Below are positions 1 to 11,781 of a DNA stretch of 64,000 nucleotides, piece after piece (position 1 is the stretch's first letter; each line of letters starts with the position of its first letter). A model generated the notes under the pieces. The model saw nothing but the letters and a program-made list of their open reading frames with translations. It made no database searches and was not told where the DNA came from. The stretch comes from Mobula hypostoma (lineage: Eukaryota). Both the position numbers and the translations under genes were made by a program. Location: positions 16,866,001 through 16,930,000 of the forward strand of contig NC_086109.1 of assembly GCF_963921235.1 (NCBI RefSeq). Reading direction: 5' to 3'.

Positions 1-413
1 TTTAGAGATTTGACAGAGGTGTTCAAAATGAAGAGGGCCTTCGATAATGCAAAGCAAAAGAAATTTACCTCTAGTAGGAGGTTCAAAAACCTGACGAGAC
101 TTCAAAAATAGAAAAAAAAACAGTGCGAGAGACAAGCAGAATGTTTATCATAATGTCAGTAGTTATGATCTTCCGTGCACGGCATAAAAGAGTGTCAGAA
201 ACAGATTCAATACTAACTCTCAAAAGGGAATTGGATAAGCATATCAAAAGGAAACATTTACAGAAGTATAGGGATAACGTAGAGGTAGTGGGATCACTTG
301 AGTACAGTAATTCCATGATTCACTTATCATTCTCGTCTAAGCTCCTTAATCTAACTTACCTTAAGCACTGCCACAATGATTCATTTGTCTTTTAATGTTG
401 GTTTGCACTACAG

Positions 414-623
414 GTCCTTCTTATCGTTGGTTTATCGGTGAAATCCCAAACTTCATTATACCGGATGACCGGCGCTTCATCTCACAAGTGACAGGGAACT
501 TCTACATCGCCAGAATAAAGACTTCAGACACAGGGGCTTATTCCTGCTATCTCACCAGCCACATTGACTATGCTACAACCAGTGTTTTCAGCAAGTCCAT
601 TTCTCTGGCTGTGCAGTCTGTAG
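414..623 (+). CDS. CNTN2: Contactin-2 coding exon (second half of Ig2), phase 1 to 1
   Basis: Acceptor ctacag|GT and donor G|gtcagt. Encodes (G)PSYRWFIGEIPNFIIPDDRRFISQVTGNFYIARIKTSDTGAYSCYLTSHIDYATTSVFSKSISLAVQSV, matching recalled CNTN2 LSYRW..SQTTGNLYIA..SHMDFSTKSVFSK. Confidence 0.93.
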
Positions 624-1464
624 GTCAGTACGTGTTATCTTTAATAAGTAAATTCCGGTGTTTGCCAGTTGTTTGTTGGTGCTGGTCACTTGCCAGAGTT
701 TGAGGTTAAAACAAGGTGCATTCTAAGGGTGGAATCAAATCAGATGTTATCTGTGAACCCCAGGGAGGTTATTAGTAGTTATTACCCCTCAACCATCAGG
801 TTCTTCAACCAATGGGGATAACTTCCCTGAACTTCACTTGCCCCATGACTGAACTGTTCCCACAACCTATGGACTCACTTTTGAGGACTCCTGAACTTAC
901 GTTCTCAATATTTATTGTTTATTTATTTATTACTCTTATTTATTTTTCCTTTCTTTTTGTATTTGCACATGTTGCTGTATTTTACACACGTCCTGTTGGT
1001 GTGGTCTTTCATTGATTCTATTATAGTTACTAGATTTATTGAGTATGCCCACAAGAAAATGGATCTCAGGTTTGTCTTTTCTCATCTCAGGGCTGTATCT
1101 ATATATATAATTTACTTTGAAATTTGAACTTTAGGTGAATGGAGAACTACATCTAATCAAATTGAATGTTGGAATACATTTAAGGGGCTGAATGGCCTCC
1201 ATCTGCTGCTTTAGAGAGTTAGATTTCAAAGTGGAACCCCAAAACGAAAGCTAAACTTAACAATGGTAAAGTTTTGGCCATGGAAGTAGTTAGTCCCGAC
1301 ATTATTCCAGATGCACAGCTATCCATGTGAAGGTGAAATCTGAAGATGAATGTCAGAGGAGGAGAGACAGACAAACAGAGAGAGACAGAGACTGACAGAT
1401 AGGTTCCGTCAGGGGATCAGAAAGACCTTATGATTTTGAAACCATGGATACTAAAATACTTCCT

Positions 1465-1870
1465 GTACCTAATAAAGTGGCCATTGAGTGTATGTTTGTG
1501 GTTTTCTGCTGCTGTAGGCCATCTACTTCAAAGTTGTTTTCACTCACAGAATTGGATGATTACTGGATGATTTTTGTTTTTCACACCATTCTCTGTAAAC
1601 TCTAGAGACAGTTGTGTGTGAAAATGCCGGGAGGTCAGCAGTTTCTGAGATACTCTAACCACCCTCTCTGGCACCAACAATCATGCCATGGTCAAAGTCA
1701 CTTAGGTCACATTTCTGCCCCATTCTGATGTTTGGTCTGAACAACAACTGAACCTCTTGACCATGTCTGCACACTTTTAAGCATTGATTTCCTGCCACAT
1801 GATCGGCAGAGTAAAATTTGCATTTCAAGCAGGAGTACAGGTGTACGTAATAAAGTGGTCACTAAATGTA
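1465..1870 (-). mobile_element. Tc1-like non-autonomous element (second family)
   Basis: Ends gtacctaataaagtggccattgagtgta and gtacgtaataaagtggtcactaaatgta; internal sequence is shared with 27935-28235 and 61755-61930. Confidence 0.65.
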
Positions 1871-2514
1871 AGTTATGTAGTTATTAGCAGAATGCTGTTT
1901 CTGAAGTTTGCTGGGCAAAATTGGTTGCTGAATTTTCTATGTTGCTACAGAGAGCGCAATTCAAAAATACTTCATTATTAGTGAAGCACTTATTGTGAGA
2001 TTATAAAAGATGGTATACAAATCAAAGTCTCTCTACACTGCTGTGCAAGATATTGATGAGACTGCACTTGGATTACTGTGTGTGGTTCAGGTTGCCTATT
2101 TGCAGGAAGGATGTCATTAAGTTGCAATGTGTGTAGAGAAGTTTCACAAAGATGTTACTGCATCTGAAGGTCTTGAGTTATAAGCAAAGATGTTTTTCCC
2201 CCCTGGAGTGTTGGAGGCTGCAGGATGACTTTGTGGAGTATATAAAGTCATGAAAAACATTGGTAAGTTGAATGGTTACAGTTCTTTTATCACCGTATGG
2301 GAGTCTCAAACCAGAGCTATGAGGTGAGAGGGGAAAGATCTAGAGGTAACCAGAGAGACAAGTTTTACGCACAGTGGAACGAGTTGCTAAACAAAATGGT
2401 AGAGCCATTTCAATGTAAAATTTAAGAGACACCTAGACAGGTTCAAGGATCGGAAAAGTTTGGATGGATACAGGCCAAAAGCAAATAAATGGAACTAACT
2501 CAGCTAGGCATATA

Positions 2515-3210
2515 GGAGGAGCAGAGGGATCTGGGGGTACTGTCCACAGATCCCTGAAAGTTGCCTCACGGGTAGATAGGGTAGTTAAGAAAGCTTATGG
2601 GGTGCTAGCTTTCATAAGTCGAGGAATAGAGTTTAAGAGTCGTGAGGTAATGATGCAGCTCTATAAAACCCTGGTTAGGCCACACTTGGAGTACTGTGTC
2701 CAGTTCTGGTCGACTCACTACAGGAAGGATGTGGAAGCATTGGAAAGGTTTCAGAGGAGATTTACCAGGATGCTGCCTAGTTTAGAGAGTATGCATTATG
2801 ATCAGAGATTAAGGGAGCTAGGGCTTTACTCTTTGGAGAGAAGGAGGATGAGAGGGGACATGATAGAGGTATACAAGATATTAAGAGGAATAGATAGAGT
2901 GGACAGCCAGCGCCTCTTCCCCCGGGCACCACTGCTCAGTACAAGAGGACATGGCTTTAAGGTAAGGGGTGGAAAGTTCAAGGGGGAGATTAGAGGAAGG
3001 TTTTTTACTCAGAAAGTAGTTGGTGCATGGAATGCACTGCCTGAGTCAGTGGTGGAGGCAGATACACTAGTGAAATTTAAGAGACTACTAGACAGGTATA
3101 TGGAGAAATTTAAGGTGGGGGGTTATATGGGAGGTAGGGTTTAAAGGTCAGCACAACACTGTGGGCCGAAAGGCCTGTGGTGTGCTGTACTATTCTATGT
3201 TCTATGTTGT
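2515..3210 (+). mobile_element. 5'-truncated CR1 3' fragment, inserted within an older CR1 fragment (about 2040-2510)
   Basis: ORF 2464-3144 LYKTLVRPHLEYCVQFWS...TRGH...FFTQKVVGAWNALP; tail ctattctatgttctatg. Confidence 0.9.
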
Positions 3211-5850
3211 CATGGACATAAGACCATAAGATATAGGGGCAGAATTGGGCCATTTGGCACACTTCTTTCAGAACCCAGGGGTGTGGGCCATCTGGTCCAG
3301 GTGACTTATCTCCATTCAGACCCTTCAGTTTCCCAAGCACCTTCTCCCTAGTAATGGCAACTTCACACACTTCTGCCCCTGACACTCTCAAACTTCTGGC
3401 ATACTGCTAGTGTCTTCTAGAGTGAAGACTCATGCAAAATACTTATTAATTTCATCCAACATTTCCTTGTCCCCATTACTAACTGTCTAGCATCATTTTC
3501 CAGTGGTCCAGTATCTACTCTTGCCTCTCTTTTACACTTAATATATCTGTAGGAACTTTTGGTATCTGCTTTAATATTATTGGCTAACTTACTTTTATAT
3601 TCCATCTTTTCCTTCTTTATGGCTTTTTAGTTGCCTTCTGTTGGTTTTTTAAAGCTTCCCAATCCTCTAACTTCCCATTCATTTTTTGCTTTATTATATG
3701 CCCTCTTTTAAGTTGGCTTTGACTTCTCTTGTCAGCCACAGTTGCATCATTTTGCCTTCAGAATACTTCCTCTTCTTTGGAATGTATCTATCCTGTGTCT
3801 TCTAAATTGCTCACAGAAACTCCAGCCATTGCTGCTCTGCTGTCATTCCTACTAGTGTTCCCTTCCAATCAATTTTGTTTAGTTCCTCTCTCATGCCTCT
3901 GTAATTTCTTTTACTCCACTGTAATACTGACACATCTGATTTTAGCTCCTTCTCAAATTGCACAGTGATTTCTGTCATATTATGATCACTGACTCCTAAG
4001 GGTTCGTCTACCTTAAGCTCTCTAATCAATTCTGGTTTATTGCTCAACGTCCAATAGCTCATCCCCGTGTGCACTCAACCTTCAGCTGCTCTAAAAAGCC
4101 ATCTCGTAGGCATTCTAGAAATCCCCCTCTTGGGATCCAGCACCAACCTAATTTTCAGAATCTATCTGCATATTGAAATCCCCTAGGACTACTGTAACAT
4201 TGCCCTTCTGACATGCATTTTCTATCTTCCATTGTAATTTGTAGATCACATCTTTGTTACTGTTTAGAGGTCCGTATACAACTCACATCAGGGTCTTTTT
4301 ACCCTTGCAGCTTCTTAGTTCTTCCCACAGCAATTCTACAACTTCTGATCCTATGTCACCTCTCCAATGATTTGATTTCATTTTTTTACCAACAGAGCCA
4401 CCCCACTGCTTCTGCCTACCTGCCTAGCCTTTCAATACAATGCATATCCTTGGACATTAAGCTCCCAGCTATAATCTTCTTTCGGCAATGATTCAGTGAT
4501 GCCTACAACATCATACATGCCATTCTCTAACGGTGCTACAAGTTCATCTACCTTGTTCTGTATACTGCATGGATTCAAATATAATACCTGTATTCATTAT
4601 CCTTTTCAATTTTGTCCCATCCTGTTGACTGCAATTTTGCCCTATCAGCAGCCTCTCCTCACTACACATTGCCTCTGTTTGTAAACTAGCGACCTCATCC
4701 TCAGTCCCATCACTCTGGTTCCCAAACCCTGGCAAATTAGTTTAAACCCCCCCCCCCCCGAACAGCTCAGGCTAATCCGCCCACAAGGACATTCGTCCCC
4801 CTTGGGTTCAAGTGTAACTTGTCCCTTTTGTACAGGTCGTGCCTTCCCCAAAACAGATGTCAATGATCAGAAATCTGAAAACTTTCTCCCTACACCAGTT
4901 CCTCAGCCACCTATTCATCTGCGAAATCATCCTATTCTTAACCTCATGGCAAAGGCAGCAATCCAGAGATTACTACCCTGGAGGTCCTGTTTTTCATCTT
5001 TCTACCCAGCTCCTAAAATCTCTCTTCCGGACCTCCTCATCTTTTGTCATTGGTGCCAATATGCGCCAAAACTTCTGCCTGCTTACCCTCCCTCTTTAGA
5101 ATGCCATGGACCTGATCTGAGACTTCCCTGACCCTGGCACCAGGGAGGCAACATGGCATCCAGATGTCTCTACCGCGCTCACAGAATCTCGTATCTATTC
5201 CTCTGACTATGGATTCTCCTATCACTACTGCAGTCCCCTTCACCTCTCTTCTCTTCTGAGCCACTGCACCAGACCCGGTGCCAGAATGCCCGTCGCTGCA
5301 GCTCCCCTAGTAGGTTATCCCCTTCAACAGTATCCAAAGTGGAATACTTACTATTGAGGGGAATGGCTACAGGGGTACTCTTCACTGGCTGCCCATTTCC
5401 CTTCCTTCTCCTGACAGTTACCAGTCTCCTGTAACCTAGGAGTGACTACTTCCCTGTAGCTCCTGTCTCTCACTTCCTCCGTGTCCCATATGCAGCAAAG
5501 GTGTCTGAGCTGCAGCTCCATTTCCTTGACATGTTCTCTGAGGAGCTGCGGCTCGGTGCACCTAGTGCAGATGTGGTTACCTGGGAGACTGGAGATCTCC
5601 CAGAATTCCCACATCTCATACACAGAACAAATTACAACCCCTGGAGGCATTCTCCCTGCACTAACTGCACCCTAACAGACGAGGAATGTAGAACAAAGAA
5701 GAAGAAGAAAGTTACCAGATACTTACCTTGCCCAAGCCTAATGAACCAAAGCCAATCCAACACTGGCCCCCCTCTCACAATGGCTGGTCCACTTGCCCCT
5801 GCCTTATTTTTATTCGCCCATCCTAATGAATCCCATTCACTGACATATTG
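3211..5850 (-). mobile_element. Degenerate CR1 LINE with 5' region, ORF1 and APE part but most of RT deleted
   Basis: Minus-strand ORF pieces: CSVYEMWE..CTRC, IGESIVRG..CLPGARV..HIGTND, SDHN, KSPGPDG.HPWVLKE. These join directly (about 3258) to a CR1 3' tail (reverse of cataagaccataag). Confidence 0.85.
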
Positions 5851-7064
5851 GAACAAAGAGTCTGTATAGGCCTAATGCTCCACAACTCATCACCATTTTG
5901 CTTTAAAAACACACAAAGAAGCATGAATGTAAACTGAAGATTGTACATCTACCTATCACATTAATAGTCTCTGTATTGAAATAAAGAGAATTTGACTAGC
6001 CAGTGAAACTATATGGGGAATAACTATCATGAGAGGAATATAGTGAAAAACAGCACAACAAGCAAGCACACACACAGTGGTTGGTAAGATTAGTGGTACT
6101 GGTTAATTAAACAGATGGAACATAAATTCTCAAAAAGATACCAGACATCAAAAATCTGCCAGATGCTCTACTATTATGCTCCATCTGTCGGGGCTTTTTT
6201 TTTACCCATTTTGTTCTTGACCTAGTAATTGAACACTCTTCATGTATGAAGAGTATTTTGAGATGTATGCATGTGTGTTTATTTATTGTGGCTTCAGGCT
6301 GTGGAGCTTAAGGCTGGGCTGAAATATCACATCAAAATCCGAACCTTAGCTAAGTTATCAACAATCTGTTTCTGTGCCGATCCATGCCGGCTGTACTATG
6401 AAATTATTCATAAGGAAGTTTTCACAACACATTAAGTAAACAATAGTTAGTCAATACCCAGTGACTGTTGCCACGGCTGCAGCTGTGGTGTTTTGTTGTC
6501 TGCATTCTAGTTAGTGATCATAATATCAATAATTTGAAATTCTCAGAAGTTGTACAGTGTTTAAATGAAATAAAGATCTGGGAAAATCAAATACAATAAT
6601 TCCTCACACATTTTGAATTCGTAAAGATCTAGTGTGCATTTAATGAAGTCTGCATTTCTGAAATATTTAACAATAATAATCATAGCATCTGAAAGACCCA
6701 GATCATTAGTTCATATCAAGCTACAGTAAATACCTACCGATATTTGCTTGTCCGTTGAAGGTACTATCTAGCAAGCTGTGCAGTCACATTTCAAAGTGTA
6801 TGTATTTCCTTTGAAACAGTGGGTATTATTTTTCTTGCTCGAAGGTTTAGAAGACATAGTCAGAAACTGGATGTGTAAGTTTTTTTTTATTGATGTAGCT
6901 CTGTGACATTCTCTCATGAGTTTGGAATTGGGGCATGCATTGAAAATAAGGCCACCATGGTGTTCCAGCAATGCAAAGTCTTCCTTACAACACCAGATCT
7001 CAGAACCAAACCAGAGGCAGAGAGATTTTTCCCTGGAGCATAAGAGGCTGAGCAGTGATCTTCA

Positions 7065-7285
7065 CAAACACAAGAAAATCTGCAGATGCTGGAAATCTAA
7101 AACAACACACATAAAATACTGGAGGAACTCAGTGGGCCAGGCAGAATCTACGGAAACGAGTAAACAGTCAATGTTTTGGTCCAAGACCCTTCATCAGGAC
7201 TCCTCATGAACGGTCTCAGCCCGAAACATCGACTGTTTACTCCTTTTCATAGATGATGCCTGGCATTTATGTATGTGTTGCTGAG
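7065..7285. mobile_element. Inverted (back-to-back) pair of Penelope terminal repeats
   Basis: Minus copy ending cccttcatcaggac abuts a plus copy tcctcatgaacggtctcagcccgaaacatcgactg. Confidence 0.7.
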
Positions 7286-7301
7286 GAATGATCTTATAGA
7301 A

Positions 7302-7381
7302 CAGGGGTTCCCGAACTTTTTTATGCCCTGGACCAATACGTTAAGCAAGGGGGTCCACGGACCCCAGGTTGGGAACCTCTG
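7302..7381. mobile_element. About 80-bp hAT-type MITE inserted in a CR1 fragment
   Basis: CAGGGGTTCCCGAAC...GTTGGGAACCTCTG, in the opposite orientation to the 21642 copy. A partial copy lies at about 8195-8233. Confidence 0.72.
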
Positions 7382-7769
7382 ATATAAAAGTATATAAAAT
7401 CATGAAGGTGAACAGTCATAGTCTTTTTTCCCCAGGGTACAGGGGTATAAATCTAGAAGACGTTGAGGTAAGCGGCAAAAGATTTTAAAGAGACCTAAGT
7501 GACAACTTTTTCACCAGAGGGTAATGAGTATATGTAACAAGCTCAGAGGAGGCTGTAAAGGCAGCTACATTTATCATCATCATCATCATCATCAATTAAC
7601 CAGTTGGTAGGTTAATTAGTCATTGTAAATTGTCCCATCATTAGGTTAAGTTTAAATCAGGGGTTGCTGGGTGGTGCAGCTCGAAGGACTGGAAGAGACT
7701 GTTCTGCGCTCTATCGCGATAAAGTAAATAAATAAATAAAATCTGAATCTAATACACTCTTCACATTAT

Positions 7770-8152
7770 ATTGTCATTATCATCATTATGCGATGTGTTG
7801 TATAACATGGCCAGTCGTGGTCTTGACCATGACTGTTCCTGTCAAATTTTTCTGCAGATGTGGTTTGCCATTGTCTTCTTCTGGGCAGTGTCTTTACAAG
7901 ATGGGCGACCCCAGCCGTTATCAATACTCTTCAGGGATTGTCTGCCTAGTGTCAGTGGTCACATAACTGGGTCTTGTGATGCATACCAGCTGCTCACACA
8001 ACCATCCACCAGCTACTCCCATGGCTGCTCCTGACCCTGATCAGGGGGGCTAAGCAGGTGCTACACCTTGCCCAAGGGTGACCTGTAGGCTAGCGGAGGG
8101 AAGGAGCGCCTTACACCTCCTTTGGAAGAGATGTATTTCCACCTCTCCACCC
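7770..8152 (-). mobile_element. Non-autonomous RTE-related retroposon
   Basis: Reverse copy of the 11068 family (gtggtttgccattgtcttc, tgaccctgatcagggggg). Confidence 0.55.
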
Positions 8153-8349
8153 AACATTACAGCATTTTAAAGATTAGATGGGAAGGGTTTAGACTCCAGG
8201 AAGCTCTTGGTTAATGGTAAAGTTCCATGGCATAAAAAAGTTGGGAACCCCTGAGTTAGAGGGATATGAATGAAACATAGACAAATGGGATTATCTCAGG
8301 GTGAGAACTTGGTCAGCAAAAATGAGTTGGGTGAAAGGGCCTGTTTCTT

Positions 8350-8638
8350 TGTTTAATTGAGATACAGCATGGAATAAGCCATTCCAGCCCTTTCAGCCAT
8401 GCCATCCAATAATCCCTTGATTTAATCCTGACCTAATCATAGGACAATTTACAATGACCAATTAGCCTACCAACTGGTATGACTTGGTACGGTGGGAGGA
8501 AACTGGAGCACCTGGAGGAAACCCTAGCGGTCACAGGGAGAACGTACAAACTCCTTACAGGCAGCGGTAGGAATTGAACCGGGGTCACTGGTTCAATGGT
8601 TAAAGTGTTGTGTTAACTACTACGCTACTGTGCTGCCC
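8350..8638 (-). mobile_element. tRNA-derived V-domain SINE
   Basis: Reverse-strand copy (gtgggaggaaactggagcacc, ggaattgaacc, actacgctactgtgctgccc). Confidence 0.8.
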
Positions 8639-9402
8639 TACCATACTATTTCTGTGCTGTACAACTCTATCACTGCAAATAAACCAGAAAAGCCACTTTG
8701 TCTAGACTTACACCAATCCGGGAACGTACTTACCATGATATTTGTTGCATTCTTACTTTGAGATTGCATTTCGCTTGTAATGACTAGAGTGTGATGCCAG
8801 ACAAACATTTCAGAGTCATTTAAGTCACAGTAGATGTCTCCACGATGTGTGGGAAATAATAAATCTGAAATATTTTGTAATTCTATCATGCTCATTGATA
8901 TCGATGAATTATTACATCGATATATACACAATATCATTAGTGTTATGCAAGCTGCTCATTTATGTATCTCCAACAAACTGCAATTGCACTTTTATGATGC
9001 ATTGGTAACATAAAACTGCATTAATAAGTATTCATACTCTGCAATGTATCATTGTTATCTGAAGCACTGAGTCTCATTATTTGCCAGATTATTGTTATTA
9101 TACTGTAAGTGATATTGTACCCTAGTTAAATGACCACAGGTGTGTTACCAGCAGTTATCTGATAGCTTATATAATACAAACCGATCGATTTAGCAAAATA
9201 TTGCCATTGGCAATGTGAGTGGCTGGCAGAAGGACGAACCATCAACTCTCTCAATGATTTTATTGCCATTATCAAATGAAAGAAAATTAACAAACTAACC
9301 TTTCAAACTGTAAGTTGGAATTTCAAATTCGAGGAGGTACAGGAGCCAGAAGACACACACTCAACATTTTATGAACAGCTGCTTCCCCTCCCCCATCAGA
9401 TT

Positions 9403-9776
9403 TATTTATTCATTGATTGAGATACTGTGTGGAATTGGCCCTTCCGGCCCTTGGAGACGTGCTGCCCAGCAACCACCCAGTTTAATCCTACAATTTACAA
9501 TGACCAATTAACCTGGTATAGGCCCTTCCAGCCCATGGAGACACACCACCCAGCAATCCCCTGATTTAATCCTAGCCTGATCACGGGACGGTATCCAATG
9601 ACCAATTACCCTACCAGCCGGTACGTCTTTGGACTGTGGGAGGATACCAGAGCACCTGAAGGAAACCCGCATGGTCACGGAGAGAACGTACAAACTCCTT
9701 ACAGGCAGCAGCGGGATTTGAATCTGGGTCACCTGCACTGTAAAGCGTTGTGCTGACCACTACGCTACATGCCACC
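9403..9776 (-). mobile_element. V-domain SINE with a duplicated 3' segment
   Basis: Reverse copy; ggcccttcc...tttaatccta...aatgaccaatta occurs twice (about 9437-9512 and 9521-9610). Confidence 0.78.
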
Positions 9777-10024
9777 TTTGAACGGACAATGAAGCAAACC
9801 ATGAACACTACCTCACTATTTTTGGCTCTCTTTTTTGCACTACTTATTCAATTAAATATATATATATAATTGTAATTTACAGTTTTTTTGATGTATTGCT
9901 CTGTACTGCTGCCACAAAACAACAAATATCACACATGCCAGTGATATTAAACCTGATTCTGATTCTGATTCTGAAATTGCTCGGATCGATTCCTCATAAC
10001 TTACTCATATGCTGTTCCTTCCTC

Positions 10025-10912
10025 AGTGTTGGATACTGCAGGTACTCATACAAGAGTATATTGGATAGTACAAATTTGGTGTCTGTACACTGGATGTTGC
10101 ATATAGCAATTATTAGTATTGATACATTGGGTAATGGATGTATCAGGTATTAGTGTACAGTATATTGGATATGTTTTCAAAGAAGATTTCCAAGCTTCAA
10201 AGTAAATTCATGATCAATGTATATGCCACCATATGCTACCCTGAGATTCATTTTCTTGTGGGCATGCACAGTAGATACGAAGAAACACAATAGAATAAAT
10301 GAAAGAACTACACAGTGAGAAAGGACAAACAACCAATGTGCAAAAACAAAAAAAAAAACAAATAATAAATAAATAATGCACAGTGTAATATAGAGAACGT
10401 GAGCTGTAGAATCAGTTCAGTTCAGTGTTAACGTGAGTAACGTTATCCACTCTGGTTCAAGGGCCTGATGGTTGACAGGTGATAACTGTTCCTGATCCTG
10501 GTGGTGTGGAGCCTAAGGCTCCTGTACCTTCTTCCTGACCGCAGCAGTAAGAAGAGAGCACAGCCTGGGTGGTGGTGGCCCTGATGATGGATGCTGCTTT
10601 CCTGCAACAGCACTCCTTGTTGATGTGGTCAATTGTGGGGAGGGTTTCAACTGTGAAGGGCTGGGCTGTATCTGTAACTTTTTGTAGGTATTTCCATTCA
10701 AGGGTATTGGTACTTGTACACAGGATATAGGATGTAGCAAGTAATGATATTGATACACTGGGTATTGAATGTAACAGGTAACAGTACACTGTACATTCTT
10801 ACGGCAAGTATTGGCACATAGATTAATGGATATGACAGCTATCGGTGCACTGGGTTCTTACCTTTCTCAGGTTGTGGTATTGGTGCATTGGGTGCTGAAC
10901 ATAGCAGGATAT
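10025..10912 (+). repeat. Degenerate minisatellite of about 30-bp units (core tattgatacattgggtattggatgtagcagg), split by a Rex1-like insertion
   Basis: Units at about 10025-10172 and 10700-10912. Confidence 0.55.
10195..10705 (-). mobile_element. Rex1/Babar-like LINE 3' fragment
   Basis: CCRKAASII.. motif; ttcaaagtaaatt tail (reverse). Confidence 0.7.
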
Positions 10913-11067
10913 CCTGATGCAGGACTTCGACCGGAAACATTAACAATTCCTTCCCCCACCGCCCCCACAGATGCTGTTCGGCCCACTTGAGTTCCTCTTG
11001 TGGATTGCTTGTGGATTAACTACTTTGCTGGTTGGCTTTTGTTGCCTTTGATGTTGCTACTACATGC

Positions 11068-11436
11068 ATTTGGGAGCAGGTTGGAGATACATCTCCACCA
11101 GAGGAAGGCGTTCCTTCCCTCTGCTGGCCTGCAGGTCGCCCTTGGTGTGGCACTTGCTCAGCCCTCCTGATCAGGGTCACATGAAGCCATGGGGGCGGGC
11201 GGTGGATGGTCGTACTAGCAGCTGGTGAGTAACATAAGCACTGGTTATGTGACCATTGACAACAGGCCGACCATCTCTGAAGAGAACTGATAATGGCTGG
11301 GGTCACCAGTCTCGTAAAGACACTGCCCAGAAAAAGGCAATGGCAAACCACTTCTGTACAAAAATTGGTGAAGAACCATCATTGTCAAAAGGCCATGATC
11401 TCCCATGTCATTGACATGGCATGTAATGATGATAAT
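11068..11436 (+). mobile_element. Non-autonomous RTE-related retroposon
   Basis: ggcaatggcaaaccac motif and (atg)n tail; a reverse copy lies at about 7770-8152. Confidence 0.55.
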
Positions 11437-11475
11437 ATGCATGTGAGAGAATTGGTGTAATAGACAGATTCAGAT

Positions 11476-11781
11476 TTTATTTATTTATTTGTTTGTTTGT
11501 TTATTGAGAATCTGCGCGGAACAGTCCCTTCCGGCCCTTTGAGCTGCGCCATCCGGCAACTCCCGATTTAACCCGAGCCTAATCACGGGACAATTTACAA
11601 TGACCAATTAATCTACCAACCAGTACATCTTTGGACTGTGGGAGGAAACCGGAGCACCCAGAGGAAACCCATGCTGTAACAGGGGCAACGTACAAACTCC
11701 ACAGAGACAGCGGCGGGAATTGAACCCAGGTCACCTGTACTGTAAAGCGTTGTGTTAACCACTACACTACTAGGCTGCCCC
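11476..11781 (-). mobile_element. tRNA-derived V-domain SINE
   Basis: Reverse copy with a (ttta/ttgt)n tail. Confidence 0.8.
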
